Below are positions 1 through 18,525 of a stretch of DNA of 64,000 nucleotides, piece after piece. Where the stretch lies: NCBI RefSeq assembly GCF_009914755.1, contig NC_060942.1. One strand, 5' to 3'. Under the pieces are notes generated by a model. The model worked only from the letters and a program-made list of their open reading frames with translations. It was not told the origin of the DNA and made no database searches. Origin of the DNA: the human T2T-CHM13v2.0 reference genome, Homo sapiens. Each line of letters begins with the position of its first letter. The first letter of the stretch is position 1. The translations under genes were made by a program, and so were the position numbers.

Positions 1-2589
1 TTGCTTAGGATTGTCTTGGCTATGCGGTGGTCTCTTTTTTGGTTCCATATGAAGTTTAATGTAGTTTTTTCCAATTCTGTGAAGAAAGTCAGTGGTAGCT
101 TGATGGGGATAGCATTGAATGTATAAATTACTTTGGGCAGGATAGCCATTTTCCAATATTGATTCTTCCTATCCATGAGCATGGAATGTTTTTCCATTTG
201 TTTGTGTCCTCTCTTATTTCCTTGAGCAGTGGTTTGTAGTTCTCCTTGAAGAGGTCCTTCACATCCCTTGTAAATTATATTCCTAGGTATTTTATTCTCT
301 TAGTAGCAATTGTGAATGAGAGTTCACTCATGATTTGGCTCTCTGTTTGTCTGTTATTTGTGTATAGGAATGCTTGTGATTTTTGCAGATTGATTTTGTA
401 TCCTGAGACTTTGCTGAAGTTGCTTCTCAGCTTAAGGAGATTTAGGGCTGAGATGATGGGGTTTTCTAAATATACGATCATGTCATCTGCAAACAGAGAC
501 AATTTGACTTCCTCTTTTCCTATTTGAACACCTTTTATTTCTTTCTCTTTCCTGATTGCCCTGGCCAGAACTTCCAATACTATGTTGAATAGGAGTGATG
601 AGAGAGGGCATCCTTGTCTTGTGCCGGTTTTCAGAGGGATTGCTTCCAGTTTTTGCCCATTCAGTATGATATTGGCTGTGGGTTTGTCATAAATAGCTGT
701 TATTATTTTGAGATATATTCCATTGATATCCAGTTTATTTAGAGTTTTTAGCATGATGGGATGTTGAATTTTGTTGAAGGCCTTTTCTGCATCTATTGAG
801 ATAATCATGTGGTTTTTGTCATTGGTTCTGTTTATATGATGGATTACATTTATTGATTTGCATATGTTGAACCAGCCTTGCATCTCAGGGATGAAGCTGA
901 CTTGATCATGGTGGATAAGCTTTTTGATGTGCTGGTGGATTCGGTTTGCCAGTATTTTATTGAGGATTTTCGCATCGATGTTCATCAGGGATATTGGCCT
1001 GAAATTTTCTTTTTTTGTTGTGTCTCTGCCAGGTTTTGTTATCAGGATGATGCTGGCCTCATAAAATGAGTTAGGGAGGATTCTTTCTTTTTCTATTGAT
1101 TGGAATCGTTTTAGAAGGAATGGTACCAGCTCCTCTTTATACCTCTGGTAGAATTCGGCTGTAAATCTGTCTGGTCCTGGACATTTTTTGGTTGGTAGGT
1201 TATTAATTACTGCCTCAATTTCAGAACTTCTTGTTGGTCTATTCAGGGATTCAACTTCTTCCTGGTTTAGACTTGGGAAGGTGTATGTGTCCAGGAATTT
1301 ATCCATTTCTTCTAGATTTTCTAGTTTATTTGCATAGAGGTGTTTATATTATTCTCTGATGGTAGTTTGTATTTTTGTGGGATCAGTAGTGATATCCCCT
1401 TCATCATTGTTTATTGCATGTATTTTGTTCTTCTGTCTTTTCTTCTTTGTTAGTCTGGCTAGTGGTCTATCAATTTTGTGGATTTTTTTCAAAAAACCTG
1501 CTCCTGGATTCATTGATTTTTTGAAAGATTTTTCGTGTCTCTATCTCCTTCTGTTCTGCTCTGATCTTAGTTATTTCTTGTCTTCTGCTAGCTTTTGAAT
1601 TTGTTTGCTCTTGCTTCTCTATTTCTTTTAATTGTGATGTTAGGGTGTTGATTTTAGATCTTTCCTGTTTTCTCTTGTGGGCATTTAGTGCTATATATTT
1701 CCCTCTATATACTGCTTTAAATGTGTCCCAGAGATTGATATGTTGTGTCTTTGTTCTCATTGATTTCAAAGAACATCTTTATTACTGCCTTCATTTCATT
1801 ATTTACTGAATAGTCATTCAGAAGCAGGTTGTTCAGTTTCCATGTAGTTGTGCGGTTCTGAGTGAGTTTCTTAATCCTGAGTTCTAACTTGATTGCCCTG
1901 TGGTCTCAGAGACTGTTTGCTATGATTTCTGTTCTTTTGCATTTGCTAAGGAGTGTTTTACTTCTAATTATGTGGTCAATTTTAGAATAAGTGCAATGAG
2001 GTCCTGAGAAGAATGTATATTCTGTTGATTTGGGGTGGAGAGTTCTGTAGATTTCTACTAGGTCCGCTTGGTCCAGAGCTGAGTTCAAGTCCTGAATATC
2101 CTTGTTAATTTTCTGTCTGGTTGATCTGTCTAATATTGACAGTGGGGTGTTAAAGTCTCCCACTATTATTGTATGGGAGTCTAAGTGTCTTTGTAGGTCT
2201 CTAAGAACTTGCTTTATGAATCTGGGTGCTCCTATATTGGGTGAATATATACTTAGGATAGTTAGCTCTTCTTGTTGCATTGATCCCTTTAACATTACGT
2301 AATGGCCTTCTTTGTCTTTTTTGATCTTTGTTGGTTAAAAGTCTTTTGTATCAGATATTATGATTGCAATTCCTGCTTTTTTTTTGCTTTCCATTTGCTT
2401 GGTAAATATTCCTCCATCCCTTTATTTTCAGCCTCTGTGTGTCTTTGCATGTAAGATGGGTCTCCTGAATACAGCACACTGATGGGTCTTGACTCTTTAT
2501 CCAATTTGCCAGTCTGTGTCTTTTAATTGGGGCATTTAGCCCATTTCCATTTAAGGTTAATATTGTTATGTGTCAATTCGATCTGTCAT
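1..2589 (-). pseudogene. L1 ORF2p relic (endonuclease + RT), disrupted
   Basis: ATG at 2589 after the inter-ORF spacer. Motifs [17 protein letters not shown] and LFADD are split over several ORF fragments. Confidence 0.92.
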
Positions 2590-2652
2590 TATGATGCTAG
2601 CTGGTTATTTTGCCCGTTAGTTGATGCAGTTTCTTCATAGTGTCAATGGTCT

Positions 2653-3673
2653 TTACAATTTGGTATGTTTTTGCAGTGGCTGGTATCAGTTTTTCCTCTC
2701 CATGTTTAGTGCTTCCTTCAGGAGCTCTTGAAAGGCAGGCCTGGTGGTGACAAAATCTCTCAGCATTTGTTTGTCTGTAAAGGATTTTATTTCTCATTCA
2801 CTTATGAAGCTTAGTTTGGCTGGATATGAAATTCTGGGTTGAAAATTCTTTTCTTTAAGATGGTTGAATATTGGCCCCCACTCTTTTCTGGCTTCTAGAG
2901 TTTCTGCAGAAAGATCTGCTGTTAGTCTGATGGGCTTCCCTTTGTGGGTAACCTGACCTTTCTCTCTGGCTGCCCTTAACGTTTTTCCCTTCATTTCAAC
3001 CTTGGTGAATCTGACTATTATGTGTCTTGGGTTTGCTCTTCTCAAGGAGTATCTTTGTGGTGTTATCTGTATTTCCTGAATTTGAATATTGGCCTGTCTT
3101 GCTAGGTTGGGGAAGTTCTCCTGGGTAATATCCTGAAGAGTGTTTTCCAACTTGGTTCCATTCTCCCCATCACTTTCAGGTACACTAGTCAAACGTAGAT
3201 TTGGTCTTTTCACATAGTCCCATATTTCTTGGAGGCTTTGTTTGTTCCTTTTTATTCTTTTTTCTCTAATCTTGTCTTCTCGCTTTATTTCATTAAGTGG
3301 ATCTTCAATCTCTGATATCCTTTCTTCCACTAGATTGATTCAGCTATTGATACTTTTGTATGCTACACATAGTTTTCGCGCCATGGTTTTCAGCTCCATC
3401 AGGTCATTTATGTTCTTCTCTAAACTGGTTATTCTAGTTAGCAATTCAACCTTTTTTCAAGGTTCTTAGCTTCCTTGCGTTGGGTTAGAATATGTTCCTT
3501 TAGCTCAGAGGAGTTTATTATTACTCAACTTCTGAAGCCTACTTTTGTCAGTTCGTCAAACTCATTCTCCATCCAGTTTTGATCCCTTGCTGGCAAGGAG
3601 TTGTTATCCTTTGGAGGAAAAGAGGCATTCTGGTTTTTGGAATTTTCAGCTTTTTGCACTGGTTTCTCCTCAT
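2653..3673 (-). pseudogene. L1 ORF1p relic (frameshifted)
   Basis: ATG at 3673 (MRRNQCKK...). The ORF1 RRM/CTD fragment EIWDYVKRPNLRL...FQPRISYPAKLSF lies at 2794-3330. Stop at 2653-2655. Broken by indels. Confidence 0.9.
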
Positions 3674-4989
3674 CTTTGTGGATTTATCTACCTTTGGTCT
3701 TTGATATTGGTGACCTTTGGATGGGGTCTCCGAGTGGATGTGCTCTTCCTTTCTGTTGTTAGTTTTCCTTCTAACAGTCAGGCCTCTTTGCTGCAGGTCT
3801 GCTGGAGTTTGCTGGAGGTCCACTCCAGACCCTGTTTGCCTGGTTATCACCAGTGGAGGCTGCAGAACAGCAAAGACTGCTGACTGTTCTTTCCTCTGGA
3901 AGCTTCATCCCAGAGGGGCACCTGCTAGATGCCAGCCAGAGCTCTCCTGTGTGAGGTGTCTGTTGGCCCCCACTGGGAGGTGTCTCCCAGTCAGGATACA
4001 CGGGGGTCAGGGACTGACTTGAGGAGGTAGTCTGACCCTTAGCAGAGCTCGAACACTGTGCTAGGAGGTCCACTGCTCTCTTCAGAGCCATCAGGCAGGG
4101 ACATTTAAATCTGCTGAAGCTGAGCCTGCAGCCGCCCCTTCCCCCAGGTGCTCTGTCCCAGTGAGTTGGGAGTTTTATCTATAAGTCCCTGACTGGGGCT
4201 GCTGCCTTTTTTTCAGAGATGTGCTTCCCAGAAAGGAGAAATCTGGCAGTCTGGCCACAGCGGCCTTGGTGAGCTGCTGTGGGCTCTGCCCAGTTCGAAC
4301 TTCCTGGTGGCTTTGTTTACACTGTGAGGATAAAACCACCTACTCAAGCCTCAGCAATGGCGGACACCCCTCCCCACACCAAGCTCAAGTGTTCCAGGTC
4401 GATCTCAGACCACTGCTGTGCTGCCAGTGTGAATTTCAAGCCAGTGGATCTTAGTTTGCTCGGCTCTGTGGGGGTAGGACCCACTGAGACAGACTACCTG
4501 GCTTTAGCCCCTTTTCCAGGGGAGTGAACTGTTCTGTCTCACTGGCGTTCCAGGCACCACTGAGGTATGGAAAAAAACTCCTGCAGCTAGTTTGGTGTCT
4601 GCCCAAATGGCTGCCCAGTTTTGTGCTTGAAACCCAGGGCCCTGGTGGAGTAGGCACCAGGGAGAATCTCCTGGTCTGCGGGTTGCGAAGACCATGGGTA
4701 AAGCATATTATTTGGGCCGGAGTTATCGGTTCCTCAGGCTCAGTCCCTCACAGCTTCCCTTGGGAAGGGGAGAAAATTCCCTGACCCCTTGCACTTCCCC
4801 GGTGAGGCGATAATCCACCCTGCTTTGGCTCACCCTCTGTGGGCTGCACCAACTGTCCAACCAGTCCCAGTAAGATGAGCCGGTTACCTCAGTTGGAAAT
4901 GCAGAAACCACCCACCTTCTGCGCCAATCTTGCTGGGAGCTGCAGACGGGAGCTGTTCCTATTCAACCATCTTGCCAGCAATCGAATAA

Positions 4990-5308
<319 letters not shown>

Positions 5309-6038
5309 TTAAATCTGTCTCATTTCTTTGTATATCTTTCCTACATTTATAATTTTTAAAAATTATCAAAACAGCATAACCATATCACAGAAAGTTAGAA
5401 AACTGAGAAAAGAAAAAGAAAACATTCACTCATAATGTCATGATTATAACATCCATTTTGGTGCATTCTCTCCTAGTTTAGTGTCTCTCCTTAGCTAAAG
5501 TTGGAGTGAGTGTGAAATATGGGTTCCATTTTTTGTTTTGCTTTTTCTCTTTAACATTGTGTCATGAACATTTTTTCCCATGAAATTCTGTGGTACCCAT
5601 GGATCATTATAGTGTCTGTTGAATATTGAAGAATGGAATTTCTTTAGAACTGTCCTTTTATGTTTTTGTGTGTATGTATGTGTTTTTTTTTTTTACTTTA
5701 AACTTTACTTTTAGCAGAGCTATTCCTTTAAAAAATAATGTTTGCCTTTCTCTCCCCACTCTCAACTTCATATCTCCCATGTAGCTGTTTTTGTCCTGGA
5801 TTTTGGTACGTAGGTCCCTGGAGAGTCCCCACTTCTTCAGGGCTCTCCTGTAGCTGCCCCACGTGGAAGGCACAACAGTTGCTTCCTAGGCACATGTAAC
5901 TTATGGGGATTCATATCCAACTTCTGGGATCAGGCCTTTTGCATCATCATGGTAGACAGCACCGGAGGCAGCAAGGCCTGGATCAGTGCAAGCAAGATCT
6001 GTGGAATGAACATATGGGTCATTTAAAATGGGTCCTGA

Positions 6039-9238
<3,200 letters not shown>

Positions 9239-9662
9239 AAAATGGGTCCTGACCCATGGCAGAGAGAGTACAGCTCATCTGCAAGTGGCCAGGCAGGTGA
9301 GTGATGGTTTTTCATTTCTCGAAGAAGAAATGAAAGAACTGAATTAAGGGTTGTAGAGAAGTCTTAACTAACAATTACAGGAACTAATCCAAAGCTGCAT
9401 ATACAAAACCATGTGTGGTATACTTTTTGGGAAATTTAAGGGATTTTCAAGGGTGATTTTTATTAGTTTGATTTTCTATTTCCATTCTGACTTCAGGACA
9501 AGATGCAACTCCATCATTTTCGGGAGTGACCTAAGCCAATCAGGTTGGTCTTTCAGCATTTGCTATGAGCTCTCAGAAGCTTCCAGAAGTGGGAAGTAAT
9601 AAAGGCACTTTGTCCCCTTCCCCCAATTTCTCCCTGAAGTGGCATGTTACAACAAAAGCAAG

Positions 9663-10131
9663 TGATGGGGTTTAGGATATGTTACCCCAAAATATAGCCA
9701 CTTGACATTTGGGAATGCTACAGGAGCAGAACGGTCACTCTCACCTTCTCTTACCCTTTTCCCTTGAAGCAGATCTAAGATCCTCATTCAAGAGGTACCC
9801 TCTCTATAAAAGAGCCAAAGACAGAGACACCCAGAAGAATCTGAACAGATAGGCCCTGCTAAGTTCCCCCAGTTTATTACCATTAGATCATACCCTTTTG
9901 CCCGCTAATGATACTGCCCCACGACTATCCACTCTTTATCTAACCTAAGCATAAATATACACGTCTACCTGTGTCTTTCAGTTCTCCTTTCTGAAAGCTC
10001 CTATGTCACATAAAACATTTATTTAGAAAATCTGTATGCTTTTCTTTTGTTAATCTGTGTTTTGTTATAGGGTCTTTGGTCATGAACCTAGCAATGGGTG
10101 AGAAAAAAAGTTATTATTTTCATTCCCTACA
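9663..10131 (+). mobile_element. Solo ERV1-class LTR (MER31-like)
   Basis: TG...CA termini and 4-bp TSD caag (9659-9662, 10132-10135). Contains accccaaaatat, recalled from this LTR group. Confidence 0.75.
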
Positions 10132-10596
10132 CAAGTATTAGACCAAATTCTACATGAAAGCAATCAAGTGACCTGTTCTTCCAAAGTCAGGGATGTTCCC
10201 ACTCACAAACATGCATCAAGTCCCTTGCATCAGATGTACACTCAGAGGGGGTGGAATAATATCATGATGGTGAGTCAGGGGCAGACCGCCCCTGCCCCAC
10301 CGCCATGAAGTGGCAGACCCAAACCAGATGGATTTCACACTCTAGGCTGCACTCCAGAGGGGCTGGGTTGCTGGGCTGGCTAGCTTCTTAGACCTTGTTT
10401 TCATGGGTGGTGGGTATTGTAACATCTTTCTAGCTAACCACGTTGATCAGCATTCATTTCACCAGTGAAAATTTAGAAATTACTTCTATCATCTTGTATG
10501 ATAATTCTGGAGCCCTGTGACTTAAATTTTGAAATCAAGTGGTTAGTGCTTTAAATGCTAACTAGCCACTCTCGGGATGTTGATTTAAGTCATCTT

Positions 10597-11035
10597 ACAA
10601 CTAGAAACAACCAAAATGCCCACCTTCGTGAGACTCCATAAGGAAAATTTGGTGCAATCACACAATGGAACAGTGTGCTACTGAAGTAAGCAAATAAGGA
10701 AGCTTTCCAGGAACTGGTGGAGAAACACCTGCCCCCACCCCAAGATATAGGGTTCAGGGAAAGATCAAGGTGCAGACATCTGAGGAAATAATTTGCATTC
10801 TATGGAGCTGGAGGGAAATAAGGGTTTGCATTTGTATTTGCATTTGTATTTGCTGGACAGATACGCAGGAAACTAGTAAGTTACCTCTGGGGATCAGGGT
10901 AGGAAAGAGGATTTGAAATAGGGCCAATAGGGGTAGGAGTAGAAACAAGACTTTTCACTGTAATACAGTTCATATTGTTTTGATGGTTTTACCATGTGAA
11001 TGTATCACCTATTCTGAGCAAGTAAATGTATAAGC
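10597..11035 (+). mobile_element. Ancient L1M 3' fragment
   Basis: Degenerate L1 3' motifs (aactagaaacaaccaaaatgccca...cacacaatggaa). Confidence 0.5.
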
Positions 11036-12671
11036 TAATTTCACACAGGTACATCATACTGTTTATACCAAAGCATTTTAAAGTAAATTGCAGCAAAGAC
11101 AATAAGGCCATGGTGCTCAGCCCTGGCCTTTCTTTAAGGTAGCACTTGCCAAACCATGGGGCCGGAACTGGACATCACAGGATAAACTTACCTTGCTGGG
11201 AGACCTGGAAGGGAAACAGGCATAGATATATTCTGAGTAAAATATAGCTTTGCAGGAAAGCCTTCCTGGCTCCCTGTACACAACCAGCCGCTGACCTTCA
11301 GTTCTGTGGTGTGGGATGAGCTGTCATCAGGTGTTCTCGGATCCCAATGTTAGGTAAAGGTGGGTCCAATGGGGTTTTTAGACTTTCTACGGCAAATTTC
11401 ATTTGGTGTCCAAACACCTCTGGGAAATAGGATTATCCCTTTTTGAGACAAGAAGGATCTCAAAGGGCACATAATTTGACGAAAGCAATTTGACTGAAGA
11501 ACTCCCAGGTCCTCATTTTTATTCTGACACACCATCAGTGGCTAGGCTATGGGAAGAACTTGTTTATTTCTGCATTTAGTTATTTGAGACAAGAGCTATC
11601 ATTGTTCTACTCTTGACTTTTTGTTTTTGTTTTTTATGTACTGCCAGTTTTCCTAAAGGATTTAAGGGAAGCTTTCACACATTAAAAAAGAAGGTCTGGG
11701 AAACACAACAGAGGAGCGAGAACTTGAAATGTGGCTCTACCCTCTCTCACAGCCGTGGCTCAAAGGCAGCCCCCGGGGGTTGCCCCGTCTTGCGGTCACT
11801 CTAGGCTTCGTGAGGGCACAGCACAGTGTGGGATGCAGGAGAAGGGCGGGCTGGCAGTGACCACATTTTTGTTTATAAGGAGAGATGGGAAAATTGCCCA
11901 GAAGTGGAGAGGTTCTTCCTTTTCCTTAGTAATTTGCAAAGAGAAACTCTGAGCCTTTTCGAGAGTGAGATGTTATCAGAAGGGAGGCGTCAGCGGACAA
12001 TTGAGCATTGTTCTTTATCGGTGATTTCTCCGTCTGACTCACCTCCTCCCACATTCTCAGTCAACAGTAGTTGTCACCCTGTCAAAGTTGTGGCACCCCA
12101 GGACCACCTCTCAGTGCCATTTGCACTCTGATCTCAGTGGCTTCTATTTGTATTGACCTGATGCTCATCTAGGAACCATGATGTGGCATTTTCTTGTTTG
12201 ATTCTCATCTTAACGGGAGGGAACATCAGAAAGGTGAAAGTGATGATGAGACCTAGCTCCGAGATGGAACCCTTGATTTACCCAGGATTCTGCAATTCTA
12301 TTTTAAAAGAATACCAAAAGTTGCCTCACCTATATGAAATGTCATGTGTCAGGAAAGAGTGTTTCACAAAAGTTAGGCTACATGCGAAAATTCCAGCATT
12401 TTCTGTGCTTAGAACCCAGGTCAGGAAACACTGGTCAGGAGCTCTTCCTGCCCGGCCAGTGTCAGGAAGAGTCTCGGGGTTTGGTTCCATTTCCAGCTCC
12501 TTGCTGGCAGGGCCAGGTCTGATTTGCTGCTGTCCCCAATGCCAGGTACAGGCAGGTGTCTTCACAAGCATGCGACCTGTGCCGTGGTGGGCCGCACAAG
12601 CAGAAAACCCTGTGCTTGGTTTAATGCTCTGCTGTCACCAGCTTGGAATCCTGAATAATTTTATCTGTAAA

Positions 12672-13500
<829 letters not shown>

Positions 13501-13583
13501 CTATTTTTAATTATTTAAAAAAGATTATTTTAAAAATTAGTAGATAAAAACCATTAAAACCCAAGGCTGATGGGAAGAAAATG

Positions 13584-13585
<2 letters not shown>

Positions 13586-13614
<29 letters not shown>
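13586..13614 (+). repeat. Pure A29 run
   Basis: Mononucleotide run within aaaatggc(A)n ggatattgaat, which resembles an old L1 motif. Confidence 0.9.
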
Positions 13615-13618
<4 letters not shown>

Positions 13619-13769
13619 ATTGAATGGTAACATACAGGGAATATCTGTTTCTTCCTTATTCATTTATGTCAACCTTTTCATCCATAACCAGTTATCAGAT
13701 ACCTCATAGATTTAATAATAGCTTTAGGGGTGGAAGGAGAGGAATAAACACCCACTGAATATACCTAGT

Positions 13770-13826
13770 AAGAACATTTAAAAATAATTAAAGAACATTT
13801 AAAAATAATTTGAAAATATTTAAAAA
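13770..13826. repeat. Short 21-bp-period tandem repeat
   Basis: aagaacatttaaaaataatt occurs twice, followed by a degenerate third copy. Confidence 0.8.
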
Positions 13827-15039
13827 GTATATCTTGGAGCAGGGGTAAGAGGGTTCATTCTACCTTCTCACTTAGCCCACCTTTCCTGGCTCAGTCTCCA
13901 TCCCCAGGGGTTGGGAATTTGTGACCTGGTACAAGTTCCTGGGGGCCTGACGGGCTGAGTGCCCCCAGGAAGTTTCCAAGGGCCCTGGAAGGTTTATAGG
14001 CAAGACACCTTGGGGTCATTTCCTTCCCTCTACCATCTGGCCCCATTTGCTGTACTGAAGTGAATTCCAGTAAGATTAACACCCTTGATAAGGGAAGAGA
14101 GATGAAGAGGGAAGAGCTCTTTGACTTGGTCCTGGGAAATACACTTCTGTCTCTTGCCACCCTGGAGGGCCAGCAATAGCTGAGCTGCCAGGGAGTGGGG
14201 GTCGGGCTGTAAAGTGAGACTTCCTTCAGTCCCCCACCTCCACTTCCTTATATTAGGAATTTTAACAAAAGGAGGAACATGAAACCAGATAGTAATAATC
14301 TATCAGCCTTTCATGTTGTCCTGGGAAATCTGCTTGAGAAGCCACACACAGAGGGTGAGTCACAGGGGTCCAGCCTTGCATTGGCTGGGAGGATCTCCTG
14401 ATCCCTTGGAAGAAAGCTAGTCCTGCTCCTATTGGAGGGGAGCAGACCCAAAGGCCGCAGCGATTGCCTGGCTCGGTGACGCTGGAACGCATTTCTACCA
14501 CCGGGGCCTCCCAGCTTCTGCTCAGCTCCTGGCAGGCAGTGTGTGTGGCTTCTCGAAACTGTCTGTGAAGTTTGGAAGAAAGTCCTGACTAGGTTAGGAA
14601 AATAAGAAAGACAGTCCATGGCACAGCCAACAAAATCTGTGTATGAGTGTCTGCCCCGTAAAGACAGGCCACGAAGTCTGCACCTGGTTCAAATTATCCG
14701 ACGCATCCCTCCCAGGGGTGGCAATTCTGATGTGACTGAAAAAGTGTGAAGGCTTCTTAATCCTGCAGAAAAATCACACTTTCCATAGTAACAGCTCATT
14801 CCTGGTTTGGATCTTAAGACTTGGGCCTGGCAGGCAGGTCAGTGCTCTGAAATCCTAGAAGGGAAGATTTACCAACTCTCCCATGGTAACTGTCTGGAAA
14901 CTGACTGGCCACAGTGACCATGGGCTCCTATCTTCTGGGTCAGGCCTCAGCCAACTCTTTTGCTCCCCTCCATCTCTGTGGGCCACCTCTCTCTGTTTCC
15001 CATGGACACGTCTTTTCCATTTTCTGGAAGCATATTTGA

Positions 15040-15369
<330 letters not shown>

Positions 15370-15539
15370 GAGAAGTTTTCTCTAGCTCTGCGTGCAATGC
15401 ATTCTGGGCAATATAGATCTGTTATAAGGACTTGGTGAAAGGGGGTCGGGTAGGGAGACACAATGTCCTAAAATGTAGGAGCTGGAACAATAAGAGCTGG
15501 CATTTAAAAAAAAAAAGTTTTCATAAACACCAGCCTTGG

Positions 15540-16075
15540 TGCCTCATTTCATTTACTCCTTACCACAAATGACTGGAGGTAGTTTCCTGATTTTATAGGT
15601 GAAGGCCGGTTAAGTAACTTGTCCCTGTCCACTTGTGTTGTAAGTGGCAGCACTGACATTCGACTCAACCCCATCTCAGCCCAGGGCCCATGTTCTATCA
15701 CTAAGCTACCCGCAAAAGGACTTTGGAGAGCACCTTGCTTAGAGCTCTCATTTATCCAATGCAGTGGAGGCTCCGGGGTCCCAAGGGACTCCCTCAAAGT
15801 CATGTAATTAGCTAATGAAAAAGTTGGGATGAGAAGCCAGATGCCCTGTCTCCTGCGCCAGGGTAACATGGTTGAAAGAGCTTGTGACTGTGCCCTTAGA
15901 GTCGGGGTGACCTCAGGCAAGCTGATGATCACTGAGCTGCCAAGTCGCCATCCGTAGAACCAGCATGGAAGAGACCTACCTCGTAGTTTGCAGTGAGGGT
16001 TAGATGCAAGAGTCGACGCAAAGCTCCCAGTGTTGAACCTGGTGCTTGTTGGAGATTTAACACAGTTACTATTAT
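15540..16075. mobile_element. MIR fragments
   Basis: ttttataggtgaag...ggttaagtaacttgtcc and gtgacctcaggcaag...gtgagggttagatg resemble the MIR core. Confidence 0.55.
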
Positions 16076-16821
16076 TTACTCTGGCAATGGTACCATCCTA
16101 TTTCACTCACACAGTTTCTCCTTGTTTGCTAAGATAATAACTAAGTCTGTTTCCTCGGCTGGACAGGGGCGGAACTGGGCACAGGGCAGGCCCCTGCCGA
16201 CCCTTACAGATCAGCAGAAAGAACCTCTTACTTGGCCCATGGTTTGGAGTAATAATCAAAATCCGTGCTTGGGATCCAAGAACTGGGCTGAGCCCTGGGC
16301 TGGAGCCGACCTACCATGAGGGAGATGACAATACAGTGACCAATGTCCCAGTTTACACAGGACTGAGGGGTTTCCCGGGACGTGGGCCTTTCGGTCCTCA
16401 AACCAGAACATTTCTGGAAATGGCTGGCCACATGACAGCAGCAAGTCGGGGCCAGGGTGAATACCCTTGGGCCTCGGTAGTGCGAGGAGTGGCTTCCAGA
16501 AGAGAGTTTGGGGCATCCCAGTGGCAGTGTCTGGGGCCACCCTGGAGAGTTATTTCCTGGTAAAGGTGAAGGGCTTTGGAGCAATGAAGGAATTCCTGGG
16601 AAAAGAAGCCCATGGGCCTTAAACTCCTGTGGGGCAGGGAAGCCAGGCCGCTCTTGGGCCCCTAGAGCACTGAGTTCTGATATTGAGGGTCCCAGGATTG
16701 GGGTGCTGCAGAGACTTGGGTGAACAATGTCATGAAGAGGGGGAGGCCAAATGGCCTCCACTGGGCCTTTGGTGGCAACATTCTCCTCTCAGCATAGATT
16801 CTGGGAAAGGTGAGGCTTTCT

Positions 16822-16838
16822 GGCGCCCCCTAGGGCCC
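16822..16838 (-). promoter_or_regulatory. Candidate CTCF site
   Basis: Minus strand reads gggccctagggggcgcc, close to the CTCF core CCASYAGRKGGCRS. Confidence 0.55.
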
Positions 16839-16964
16839 AAAGGCTGGAGCAAGCCCGATGGGGAAAAGGCACTGCAGTTGCTCTGGGCCTTGGATGAGAC
16901 TTCCTCTCATGGGCCTCCATTCCCCTATCTGTGAGACGCCTAAATTACTCAGGGACACATCTAG

Positions 16965-17305
<341 letters not shown>

Positions 17306-17365
17306 TCACTTTCTCTTTAAACTCCGTAAGAACTGCCCCATTTCATTAAAAAAAAAAAAAAAAAA

Positions 17366-17724
<359 letters not shown>

Positions 17725-18358
17725 TCAGGAACGCAGGGCAGAAAATAGTCTTGATCTGTCCTCTCTCGCCCTCAATGAGCACAATTTCCAGCTGCTTCCC
17801 TAGTGGTTTGGCAAAATAGAGCAGTCAGAAGTTTAGGAGTCCAGCTTTCAGTCTTGGCTGTGCCTGTTCCTGTTCCCAAGTGTCCTTTTCACATGTCTGA
17901 GCCTATGTCCCCATCTGTGAAGGGTGGGGGCGTGGGGCATTCCTATTTTGATTCTGTCAGAGGGTGTTGCAAGAAGCAAATATGAAAGGGCTTTGAAAAA
18001 GATAAAGTTCCACTCATACTTAAAGGATTATTGTTTACTTAATTCCTTGAAAGAAAATCACAGTGGGAACTTCCTCAGGCCCTGGAGGGTTGAGTTTTCT
18101 GGGGATAATTTCAATTTATCTGATGGGGGTTCTACACATGCCTGGCTGGTGGGGGACCCACATCTGGGAGACATACTCGCTCAGCTGCATCTCACTGTTA
18201 TGTGAACGGGCCAAGTGTGGCCTCAGTGGCTTGGCCTAACATGTTCCTGTCTTGTTCATTTATTCACAGCAGGCTAGGACCATTAGCCCAAAGCCAGCCA
18301 GTGCTAAACTCAAATTCTTACATATCCAATTGCTTGGAATATCATCCAAATAAACATA

Positions 18359-18525
18359 CAGATGGTCCCTGACTTACAATGGTTCAGTTAAAAATGTTTC
18401 AGCTCTACAATGGTGTAAAAGCACTGTGCATTCGGTACGCTCTCTGACCTTCCATGGGGTTAGACATTTTCAGCTTATGATGGGCTTGTCAGGAGGCAGC
18501 CCCATCGTAAGTTGGGGAGCATCTG
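18359..18525. mobile_element. TcMar-Tigger MITE (MER47-like), 167 bp
   Basis: Terminal inverted repeats cagatggtccctgacttacaatgg / ccatcgtaagttggggagcatctg. TA target duplication at 18357-58 and 18526-27. Confidence 0.85.

Larger units (their letters stand above)
1..4985 (-). mobile_element. LINE-1, L1PA7-like, with intact 5' end (5'UTR, ORF1, 5' part of ORF2); continues past window start
   Basis: ORF-track fragments match L1 ORF2 RT (275-1306, includes LFADD), the endonuclease (1906-2295) and ORF1 (2794-3330). The minus strand at about 4985 begins ggcaagatggttgaataggaacagctcc, an L1PA-type 5'UTR start. Confidence 0.95.

Noticed and set aside
246-527. Conserved-looking antisense ORFs repeated at 246-527, 7176-7391 and 61898-62179
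   Set aside because: They are opposite-strand shadows of the L1 RT region and are shared only because the L1 copies are homologous.
10826-10852. Octamer-like ATTTGCAT within a (tttg(c/t)a)n hexamer repeat
   Set aside because: Explained by a short simple repeat inside an old L1 fragment.
13586-13614. Poly(A) tail of a processed pseudogene
   Set aside because: No upstream mRNA-like body or TSD. It looks like an expanded A run inside old L1-like sequence.
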